A stretch of DNA of 64,000 bases, from positions 96,001-160,000 of the forward strand of contig CAVYES010000004.1 of assembly GCA_963767735.1 (NCBI GenBank), given 5' to 3'. The stretch is from Candidatus Bathyarchaeota archaeon. GTDB lineage: Archaea; Thermoproteota; Bathyarchaeia; Bathyarchaeales; Bathycorpusculaceae. A program made the translations under genes and the position numbers. Positions 20,681 through 29,889 of the stretch are shown one piece after another. The notes under the pieces were generated by a model. It was not told the DNA's origin and did not search any database. It was given only the letters and a program-made list of their open reading frames with translations. How positions within the stretch are numbered: the stretch's first letter is position 1; each line of letters starts with the position of its first letter.

Positions 20681-20794
20681 GTAATAAGTATCCTGCAAAG
20701 AAACAGGATTCAAAGAAAGTTGCTTGTTTTCTGGAAGAGGATTATGGATTTTGGAAAAAGCAAGCAAACCACTTCATCGATATTCTCAAAAACT

Positions 20795-21178
20795 TTAGCG
20801 TTCTTGTTGTATTATACGTAGCCTTTCTCGAACCGTAGATATGAGCTCTTCAGCTTTAACTGGTTTAACTAGAAAATCGTCTGCTTCATAATCGGCAGCT
20901 TTTTTTCCAGCCTCTTCAGTGGAGAAGCCGGTGACAATAATTTTAATTGCTTTAGAGTTTTTTGGTATTTTAAGGAGAAGCTCTGTTCCGTCCATGTCTG
21001 GGAGCTTGACGTCAACTATGTACGCATTGAACTTTGATTTTTTTATTTTCTTGAGGGCATCTTTGCCTGTCTTAGCAGTCTCAACTATGTATCCTTCTTT
21101 TTCTAAAACACTTTTAAAAACCCTCAAAATATCCGAATCGTCATCTACTACAAGAATTCGATTTATTTTCCAGTTCAT
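20795..21178 (-). CDS. Stand-alone response regulator receiver domain
   Basis: ILVVDDD, DVKLPDMDG, IVTG and FLVKP motifs. Confidence 0.95.
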   Translation of the reverse strand: MNWKINRILVVDDDSDILRVFKSVLEKEGYIVETAKTGKDALKKIKKSKFNAYIVDVKLPDMDGTELLLKIPKNSKAIKIIVTGFSTEEAGKKAADYEADDFLVKPVKAEELISTVRERLRIIQQER

Positions 21179-21570
21179 TTAACTTCTCCAATCAACGTTA
21201 ATAAATTCGAAAAAAGTTCCGATGAGTGTTGGCTTTCCCGAACTCTGAGAACAATTTCATAAATCATATTTGTCATAATATCAAGAATGTAACTTAAAAA
21301 TATATGTCAGAGGATAGAAACTCGATCTTTTTAACAGTTTTTTCATTCCTTTTGCGAGAATTGTAGTTAACTGACATAAAGTTAATACTTGTTACATCGA
21401 TAATTAAGGAAAAAACAGGAAGTTTGAGAAAACAGTAAATGTTTCAGACATGACAATTTATTTTTGATTTAAAAAAGATTTGCCAATTGATTGAATCAAG
21501 CAATGGAAAATAGCGTAAGGTTTATAAAAAAGCACTATTGCATAAAATGAGCGTCAATTTTCAGGTTTGA

Positions 21571-24500
21571 TCATATGCTACCTGGTTTTCGTTTTAAACG
21601 TCTGATGGCTATAACTGTGTAGACTAAAATGATTTCGGGGACGGTTATGCCGACAGCGAACACAGGTCCCAACGATAAAGTTAGCGCTGTTTTTGGTGCT
21701 TCGAAATTTATTGTTACTTGGTGTGTGCTGAAGCTTGTTGTATACCATACATAGAAGTTTTTGACGTTTTGTGTGTAGCCTTGGTTTGGAGCCTGCACAC
21801 CATCTATGTATACGACTGGGCTTGTCCCGTAGGATATTGCTGTTTTTGGAATAGTCATGTTGCTAAAACCTACTGTTCCGCTTGGCCCTGTTATTGTAAA
21901 GGACACTGTGGCTGTTTTGTGCGATTGGTTTGATGTGATTGTGGCGTTGGAGATCTGTGAGCTGGTTACGTTTCCGCTTATCGCAAGGTCAACCGTTGCG
22001 TCACTACCTGTCGTAGTTGGCACAGTTGTTGCAAACGGGCTTGGAGTGGGTGAGGGCTTCGGAGTAGGGGGAGTTGTGGGTTTAGGTGTGGGCGTTGGTG
22101 CAGGGGTCGGAGTGGTCGTTGCTGAGGGTGGTGGCGTCGGTGTGGGTGCAAACGTTGCCGAAATGGTATTTGAAGCCTGAACATTGTTGAATGTGTAGGA
22201 GCTAACAGCGCCAGCTGAACTTCCATTCACCGAGACATCAACAATGTTATAGCCAGTGTTCGATGTAATAGTGAAAGTTTGATTGTCACCATATTTAACG
22301 CTTACAGACCCATCTGGGCTGATAGAACCGCCGGCTCCAGCAGAAGCAGTAATATTGAACGTGTTAATCGTAAAGTTGGCAGTAATCGTGTGAGCAGCCT
22401 GGACATCAGTGAAGGTGTAAGATGAAATGGTGCCCACAGAAACGTTATCCGCAAAAACATCGGCAATTTGGTAGCCAGTACTCGCTGTTATAGTGAAGCC
22501 TTGACTGCCGCCATAGTTGACAGAAACACTTCCAGTCGGACTGATAGCTCCATTAGCTCCAGCAGAAGCGGAAATAGTGGGATTCACCTTAAATGAGTTG
22601 CTCGTTCCAGTATGAGTGCCATCAGTAGCCGTAATAGTAATGCCTAAACTTGCAGCAGTTATCGTAACCGAAGTCGCCCCAACACCGCCGACAAAAGCAC
22701 TCACAGTATCGGGACTAATAGATCCAGAAGAAACCGTCAAAGACGGCAGGCCACTATAACCTGTAACAGTGTTTCCCGAAGTGTCCTCAGCCCTAACCGT
22801 TATGCTGAAAGCAGAACCAGCAGTCTGAGTCGCAACAGTATTAAAGACAAAGTGATCCAGAGCAGCCGGATTAACCGTTAAACCCGTTGTGTAAGCCGCG
22901 GAAGCATAAGTGCCCGTAACAGTCCAGTAACCAGCAGTAGCAGATGCGTAAACGTTGCTGGTCCAAGAACCCCCCGCGCTTGAGCTTATGTTCCAATTTG
23001 TTGAAGAAGTCACATCCCAAGAGTTACCATATAGGTCAGAAGCCGTAGCCGAGAAGGTCTTAGATACCCCAGCCGTAACCGATGAATCAGCAGGAGAAAT
23101 CACAACATTAGCGACCGCAGCAGCATGATTCACCGTTATGCCCGTTTCTGAGCCAGCAGTCGAGCCGGTAGCTTTGTCCGTAGCCGTAATCGACTGAGAA
23201 CCAGCAGTCTCCAATGTAACACTAAAAGAGCCAACACCGCCCGTGAGAACCATACTCGCAAGCAAAACCGCTTGGCTGTCACTTGAAGTAATCTTAACCG
23301 TACCCGCATAACCCGAAGCTGTATTGTTATATGCATCCTCAGCTGTAACAGTGACGGAGAAAGCAATACCAGCTACTTGAGAAGTCCCACTTGAAACCAC
23401 CAAGTGCGTAGCAACACCGGGATCAATCGTAACCGAGTTACTTGTTCCAGTATGAGTGCCATCAGTAGCCGTAATAGCAACGCCTGAACCCGCGCCAGCC
23501 ATCGTAATGATACCAGTCCAAACGCCACTTGAGAAAGCGCTTGTGATAGTTGGACTAATAGTTCCAGTTGAAACACTCAAAGTTGGCGTACCAGTGTAGC
23601 TGGTAACAGTGTTTCCGTTTGAAGCTTTAGCCGTTATCGTTATACTGAAAGCAGAACCAGCAGTCTGTGGACTGCTAACAGCATTAAAGACGAAATGGTC
23701 AAGAGCGACCACATTAACTGTGAATGAATTGCTCGTTCCGGACTTTCCAGAACCAGAGGTACTAATAGTTATTCCTGAACCAGATGCAGAAAGCGTCACA
23801 TAACCCATCCAAACGCCAAGTGAGAATGTTCCAGTGCTTGTTGGACTTATAGTTCCTGAAGACACCGTTAAAGTGTTAGTTCCAGTATAGCTCGTAACTG
23901 TATTGCCACTCGAATCTTCAGCAGTAAAGGTTACGATGAAAGCAGTACCCACAGTCTGTGTGCCAATATTGCTAAAAACAAAATGATCAAGAGCACCCGA
24001 ATTAACATTGAACGAATTGCTTGTTCCAGACTTTGAAGAACCAGATGTACCAATAGTAATTCCCGAACCAGATGCGGATAGTGATACTGAACCAGTCCAA
24101 ACACCAGCCTTAAATGCAGAAGTGCTTGTTGGGCTTATCGTTCCAGAAGACACGGTTAAAGTGTTAGTTCCAGTATAACTCGTCACTGTGTCACCGTTGG
24201 AGTCTTTAGCCGTTATCGTTACGCTGAAAGCTTTACCTACAGTTTGTGGACTGCTAACAGCATTAAAGACGAAGTGGTCAAGAGGCGCTGCATTTACAGT
24301 GAGCGAGTTGCTTTTTCCAGATTTGCCTCCGCCACTGGTTGAGATTGAAATGCCTGTTCCCGCTTGAGAAAGTGTTACTTGACCTGTCCAGACTCCTGAT
24401 ACAAATGCGGTTGTGCTTGTTGGGCTTATCGTTCCAGAAGACACGGTTAAGGTGTTGGTTCCAGTGTAGCTGGTAACAGTGTTGTCGCTTGAATCTTTAG

Positions 24501-24663
24501 CTGTTATGGTAAGGCTAAAAGCGGAACCTGCAGTCTGTGGACTACTAATAGTGCTGAAGACAAATTGAGACAGACTGCTTGCCGCTTTGACTTGCATACC
24601 CGTGTATGCGAAAATTGATAACGAAACTAGAAAAGCGACTATTAAGATTAGAATTTTCTTCAT
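21571..24663 (-). CDS. Large Ser/Thr-rich surface protein: about 7 Ig-like repeats, 2 InlB-B-like repeats, PT linker, C-terminal anchor
   Basis: Signal peptide; repeated LDHFVF...QTAG...ITAKD units; TM helix + RRLKRK. Confidence 0.9.
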   Translation of the reverse strand: MKKILILIVAFLVSLSIFAYTGMQVKAASSLSQFVFSTISSPQTAGSAFSLTITAKDSSDNTVTSYTGTNTLTVSSGTISPTSTTAFVSGVWTGQVTLSQAGTGISISTSGGGKSGKSNSLTVNAAPLDHFVFNAVSSPQTVGKAFSVTITAKDSNGDTVTSYTGTNTLTVSSGTISPTSTSAFKAGVWTGSVSLSASGSGITIGTSGSSKSGTSNSFNVNSGALDHFVFSNIGTQTVGTAFIVTFTAEDSSGNTVTSYTGTNTLTVSSGTISPTSTGTFSLGVWMGYVTLSASGSGITISTSGSGKSGTSNSFTVNVVALDHFVFNAVSSPQTAGSAFSITITAKASNGNTVTSYTGTPTLSVSTGTISPTITSAFSSGVWTGIITMAGAGSGVAITATDGTHTGTSNSVTIDPGVATHLVVSSGTSQVAGIAFSVTVTAEDAYNNTASGYAGTVKITSSDSQAVLLASMVLTGGVGSFSVTLETAGSQSITATDKATGSTAGSETGITVNHAAAVANVVISPADSSVTAGVSKTFSATASDLYGNSWDVTSSTNWNISSSAGGSWTSNVYASATAGYWTVTGTYASAAYTTGLTVNPAALDHFVFNTVATQTAGSAFSITVRAEDTSGNTVTGYSGLPSLTVSSGSISPDTVSAFVGGVGATSVTITAASLGITITATDGTHTGTSNSFKVNPTISASAGANGAISPTGSVSVNYGGSQGFTITASTGYQIADVFADNVSVGTISSYTFTDVQAAHTITANFTINTFNITASAGAGGSISPDGSVSVKYGDNQTFTITSNTGYNIVDVSVNGSSAGAVSSYTFNNVQASNTISATFAPTPTPPPSATTTPTPAPTPTPKPTTPPTPKPSPTPSPFATTVPTTTGSDATVDLAISGNVTSSQISNATITSNQSHKTATVSFTITGPSGTVGFSNMTIPKTAISYGTSPVVYIDGVQAPNQGYTQNVKNFYVWYTTSFSTHQVTINFEAPKTALTLSLGPVFAVGITVPEIILVYTVIAIRRLKRKPGSI

Positions 24664-24936
24664 GTTTCTTTCATTCTAATGTTTTTTGTTAACTTTTTTA
24701 AGCGATATAAGCTAAAGCTAATCGAAAACTGTTGACTTAACCATGCAGAATCAAGACTGCGAGCAATTTGTTTGCCTAAGTCCAGAAATGCTTGAAATCA
24801 GAAGTCTAAGTTGAGTTTGTCAAAGATTAGCCGTTAAGTTCACAAAGGTAATAGTAACCAAACTAGTTCTTACATATTTGCCTTGATTTATTTTGTAGTT
24901 GCTGCTTTTCCATGACTTCTTCTGTTAAGTTTTGTC

Positions 24937-25122
24937 TTATTGTGCAGGTTCGTCGAAGTTAGCTTCTATAACGCAATTTATTTGTTTTAGGTCGGTCATC
25001 GGCAAAATTTTGGTTCCACATTCTCGTTCAATCGCCACTTAATATCCATTGGAGCAGGCCACGAAAACCTGTACATTGTTCACCGGATTAACTTTCACGC
25101 CTTTAGGATCTTGCTTTCTCAT
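24937..25122 (-). pseudogene. Degenerate Zn-protein paralog 7
   Basis: ...Y*VAIERECGTKILPMTDLKQINCVIEANFDEPAQ*; aligns to the family with the first Cys and both His lost. Confidence 0.6.
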
Positions 25123-25408
25123 TTCTCTTTTTTAAGCCCCATGCGCCTCATTGGTTATTCTAGTTCGAAATTTGAATTTATTTCTTTGTGGCTGTTCGGA
25201 TACACCAACAGCAAAGGATCTTCAAACATCTCGAAAAACTCTAATGCAGACGTCATTTTTTGTGATTTTTATTCTGGTTAGTCGTGACTATGCAGGCAAT
25301 GTTGCCAGTCTGGTTCTTCTTACGCGCGCGGTTTTTGATTTTAGTTTTTTTGGGGGAATCAGCAATAAGTATTTAGTGTAATTTTACACTTTTACACTTA
25401 GCTTCTAA

Positions 25409-25677
25409 ATGACTGTAAGCATAAAAATAGATAATTTAAAAAAACAAAAACTCGACCGTTTCCTAGCACAGTTACTGCTAAGAGAAGGCAAGAAAATGAC
25501 TTTGCAGGAAGCGGTAGGCTTGATGATTGATCATGCGCTGGAAAACGAGGATGAATTTATACAAAACTTGAAGAATCTGCCCCAGTTGAAGAAGACCCAC
25601 TTTGGAAAATGATGGAAAACGCGAAGCCTCTCGGCATTAAAGAACTTTCTATTGGCATCGATGAATATCTCTACTGA
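25409..25677 (+). pseudogene. Antitoxin gene with a frameshift at a C-run near 25580
   Basis: MTVSIKID..., continuing in another frame PVEEDPLWKMM...IDEYLY*, upstream of a PIN start. Confidence 0.7.
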
Positions 25678-25688
25678 AGCAAGACTTG

Positions 25689-25775
25689 ATGGCGTTTTTT
25701 GTCGATACAGGTGCGTTTCTCGCTCTATATTGCATCGACGATCGTTATCACCAAAGAAGCAAGGTTCATAATTAA
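25689..25775 (+). pseudogene. vapC: Truncated PIN/VapC toxin
   Basis: MAFFVDTGAFLALYCIDDRYHQRS..*. Confidence 0.75.
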
Positions 25776-25897
25776 AGACTACTTCATTTTGGTTAGCTTT
25801 GTTCCTTCTAACACTACAGCCGAGTTAACAGCGGCTTCAATGTTTGAACGGAGCTGACTATCAGTGAAGGTTGTAGCGCGCCGTGCTATCTCTATCG

Positions 25898-26683
25898 CTA
25901 ATAAGAGGCTTGGTTCCAATTGTGTTCAAAGTAGTTTTTGGCCAGTGCTATGAAACAGGAGTTGTTTGACCAAATGGAGGAGGCTCCAGAGAGTGTGGCT
26001 CTTGCGGACAAAGTAACGCTTACTTCTTTATTGTCAAATATTGATACCATCGCCGTTGGGGGCCCGTCAAAATATTTTACTTCGAAGTTTGAATCCTCCA
26101 TGAGGTTTTGAATGGTTTTCAAGGCTTTTTCATGAGGAACATGTCGGTCTGTTGCTATCCTGATTTTTACACCTTTTTTCAAATCTTTCCGATAGTTTTC
26201 TTCAAATTCAAGAATCGCGGCCGAAAACCTCATCTGCGAGGTTACGACGCAGACACTGATTTGAGCTCTCAGAAGTGATTCTTTTAGTCTTCGGATAATA
26301 GCTTCTTGTCCGGAAATTATAGTGATTTCCCCATCTGCTTCTTGAACACCGTTTGCACGGGTGCTTTCGAAGTCGCTAAGCAGTTCTTCTGTTTTCTTTT
26401 TCAGTTTGTTTTGTTCTGCTGCTTTGCGTTTAAGAATTTTGGGCAGCAAATATGCCATTGGGATTGCTCGGAAACTAGCGGGCTTTGTAATCTGTTTTTC
26501 GACTATGCCCTCTTTTTGCAAAGTTTGAATTATCCGGTAAAAGTCAGGTCGAGCTATTTTCGAGATTTCTGCAATCTTTCTCGCAGTTGCTGGTCCTTCT
26601 TGGACAAGAGCAAGGTATATTCTCGCCTGGTCTAATGTAAACCCTAGCTTCATTAGGGTTTGTATTTTTTCTTCGCTTTTCAA
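25898..26683 (-). CDS. TrmB-family transcriptional regulator
   Basis: LGFT..QARIYLAL...A.KIA..SKIARPD.Y...L.KEGIVE HTH; C-terminal SIFDNKEV and WSNN motifs. Confidence 0.9.
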   Translation of the reverse strand: MKSEEKIQTLMKLGFTLDQARIYLALVQEGPATARKIAEISKIARPDFYRIIQTLQKEGIVEKQITKPASFRAIPMAYLLPKILKRKAAEQNKLKKKTEELLSDFESTRANGVQEADGEITIISGQEAIIRRLKESLLRAQISVCVVTSQMRFSAAILEFEENYRKDLKKGVKIRIATDRHVPHEKALKTIQNLMEDSNFEVKYFDGPPTAMVSIFDNKEVSVTLSARATLSGASSIWSNNSCFIALAKNYFEHNWNQASY

Positions 26684-26769
26684 GAAAAGTTACCCGTAAA
26701 CCGCGATTTTTGTATTGAACCGGTAGTTTCTTGATTCTATCCAAGTCCTTATAAAATTTGCCCAATTGC

Positions 26770-26806
26770 AAGTAGTGTTCTATTTTTGTAAGTAGTGCTA
26801 CTATTT
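26770..26806. promoter_or_regulatory. Tandem operator-like repeats between the divergent TrmB and PQQ genes
   Basis: AAGTAGTGTT-CTATTT (26770) and AAGTAGTGCTACTATTT (26790); core AGTAG-N2-CTACT inverted repeat. Confidence 0.5.
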
Positions 26807-26871
26807 ACTACATCTTATTAAGATTAACATAGCAATCAATACCGTTTCAAAAAAAATGAAGGAAAAGAAAA

Positions 26872-29623
26872 ATGCAAAATCTTAAAGGAAAACTTTTCGC
26901 TATTTTGATTGCAACAATTTTAACACTTTCGATAGGAGCTTCAACTTCACTAATACCAAGCGCTCGTGCAACACCGATAAACATTCCAACGTTCGCCTAC
27001 GTTGCGGCAAACCCTAATCCTGCAGGTGTCGGCCAAACAGTTAACATTGGTTTTTGGCTTGATCAACCAACACCTAATGCAGCCGCGCAATATGGCCCAA
27101 GATGGGGGAACTTTACAATTAAAGTTACAGACCCAGTCGGAAACACTGTAAGCTTAGGACCGTACACCGCAGATGACACAGGAGGAACACACACGAACTA
27201 CGTGCCCGCTAAAGTCGGCAACTACACGATAGTTTTCAGCTTTCCAGGACAAGTACTTAGCAACGTCAACCCAATTCCGGGATCAGCGGTTAATCCGTTT
27301 GTCGGCGACTATTACGAACCATCAACTGCCACTACAACGCTGATGGTGCAACAAAGTTCAGTTCCAACGATTCCAGAAACCCCGCTTCCGACAAACTACT
27401 GGTCGCGCCCAATAATATCCGTAAACGACAATTGGTATAGTATTAGCGGCAATTGGCTTGGGCTTGGTGTATCGACATTTGCTAACACTGGAGAATACAA
27501 CGCCACTGGAAACTATAATCCTTATACTGACGCGCCAACCACCGCACACATGATATGGACAGAGCCAGCTAGCGCGCCCGGAGGCCAGATGGGCGGAGAA
27601 TTCGGCGGAACTGATACGAGCAATTTCTACGCACCTGCGCAGTATGAGCCCAAATATGCACCGATAATCATGAACGGAGTCATTTACTATGAGATGTATC
27701 CGGGAAGTTCGAGTGATCCTACTGGCTGGACTGCCGTAAACTTACAAACTGGACAAACGCTATGGACAAAAAATACCACTGTTGGAGCAGCATTGGGACC
27801 GATTTTAAGATGCGGGCAAATACTCGATTATGTATCACCTAACCAGTACGGAGGCTTTACATACTTATGGGCAACCGGAGATCCATTTGGAAGCCCAACA
27901 TTAACTGGACAAATGCTCACTGTCCCAGCAGCAAAACAAACCGTTGAGAATCCTGGATCATTTGCGTTAGGCACCACTGTACTCACTGGAACTACATATA
28001 GCATGTACGACGCCGTGACGGGACAATATATACTCAGCATAGTTAACTGCACTGCAATGACGCTTACTGAAGATTCCAGCGGCGACTTGATAGGCTATTT
28101 CGTTAACTCAAGTGCAACCAACGCATATGCACCTACGTTAAATATGTGGAATTCAACCGTAGCAGTTCTTTTGAGCCAAACAGCCCAATATTATGGCGCA
28201 ACAAGCGCGAATGCTTGGTTCTGGAGACCAGAAAGCAATGGCATCATTCCCTTTGCATTGGGAATACAATGGACAGCGCCATTACCAACTAGCCTTGCAG
28301 GTGTTCCTTTTCCCATAGCTATTGTTAGTTTACCTTCCGGACAGGTTCAAGAACCCACAACTCTCGCAATAAGTAGTGGTTGCATCGAAAACGGTGTTGT
28401 GCTTATGACTGATGCAAGCAGCTTAGATGGAAGCTTCCAAGTTGGGTACCAAATTGAAGCAGGCTACAGCTTAACCAACGGACAACAACTATGGATAGTT
28501 AATCGGACAGAAACACCCTACACAAGAGTGGTTATTATGCCAGCTACTGCTGGAGTATACGGCGAAGTAAACCTTGATACTGGTGTTATGACTGGGTATA
28601 GTATTACTACAGGTCAGCTAGGCATGGGGCCCAACTAACCTTCCAGAAACTGATGCCTATAGCAGCATTGGCGGCTACAATTATGTCTCGGCGAATGGCT
28701 ACTGTTACTTGTGGGGCTTCGGAGGAACAATATACGCCGTTAACATGGCTACAGGAGCAATCAAATGGACAGTCACAACCGCGCAACTAGTTGGTCCCGC
28801 TGGGTCTAACACTCCTTATGGCGTATGGCCAGTATGGACCTTCACGGTAGGAACTGTTGCTGACGGAATGCTATTTCTCCCTATAGGCCACCAATATAGT
28901 CCCCCAATGTTCCGCGGAGCACAGCAACTGGCAATAAACTGTACTACTGGCGCCCTAGTATGGAGCAATTTGGGTTTCGACATTACAAGTGGTCCCGCTA
29001 TTTCCGATGGCATAATGACCGTGTTTGATGACTATGACAACCAGATTTACGCATATGGAATGGGTCCTAGTCAAACTACTGTTACATCACCAAGCGACGG
29101 CGTTTCGACTGGCGTACCAGTGGAGATAACTGGTTCAGTGATGGATATTTCTGCAGGTTCTCAACAACAAGCAGTCAAAGCGAACTTCCCCAGTGGTCTT
29201 CCATGCGTATCTGATGCAAGCATGAGCCAATGGATGCAGTATGTTTATCAGCAGCAGCCGCAACCAACCAACACGACCGGTGTCCAAGTTACCCTAACGG
29301 CTATCGACCCCAACGGTAACACCATCACCCTTGGCACAGCTACAACTAACATTTTGGGCGACTTCGGCTTCTCATGGATGCCTCCAGCGGTCCCGGGAAA
29401 CTACCAGATCATAGCCACATTCGCAGGAACCAATTCCTACTATAGCTCAGCTGCTTCAACTTTCTGCACCGTAAGTAGTGGACCAACATCGTCGCCAACC
29501 GCTGCACCTGTAACGGGCCTAGCAACAGCATCAGACCTAACTTATGGAATAATGGCCGCAGTAATCGCAATAATAATTGCAATCGCCATAGTCGGCTTAC
29601 TCCTGCTTAGAAAAAAGCCATAA
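26872..29623 (+). pseudogene. PQQ-repeat beta-propeller surface protein 1, split by an extra G at about 28621 (possibly a sequencing error)
   Basis: Removing one G joins TTGQL-AWGPTNLPETDAY...LWGFGG; collinear with the 29890 paralog. Confidence 0.85.
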
Positions 29624-29652
29624 AACCAAAACAAAAAAACAACCAAAATCAT

Positions 29653-29672
29653 CTTTCCCCTTTTTCTTTTTA
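29653..29672 (+). terminator. Pyrimidine/oligo-T terminator
   Basis: CTTTCCCCTTTTTCTTTTT after the PQQ gene; the same motif follows the paralog. Confidence 0.55.
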
Positions 29673-29889
29673 ATCGATCTCGAAAGGCAAAGTATTTTCT
29701 GTTTTTTCTCATAGTTTCAGCCATTATCGTTCAACAAACTATATATTTCTCATCAGCACTTAAATTTGCCCTTTTTTGCAAGTTTTTGAGAAGTTTTATA
29801 AGTGGTCGTGATAAATGGGACTCTGTTGGGCGAGAGTGTTTAGTCTTCTTGCTCAATAAAAAATAAAATAAAATGGAAGGAAAATAAAA

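Noticed and set aside
22020-22150. Pro/Thr tandem repeats (also 47940-48065)
   Set aside because: Ordinary coding PT linkers of surface proteins.
21718-23803. Alternative-frame and antisense ORFs over the surface proteins (also 27358-32858 and 47041-48537)
   Set aside because: Shadow ORFs arising from repetitive Ser/Thr/Pro codons in real genes.
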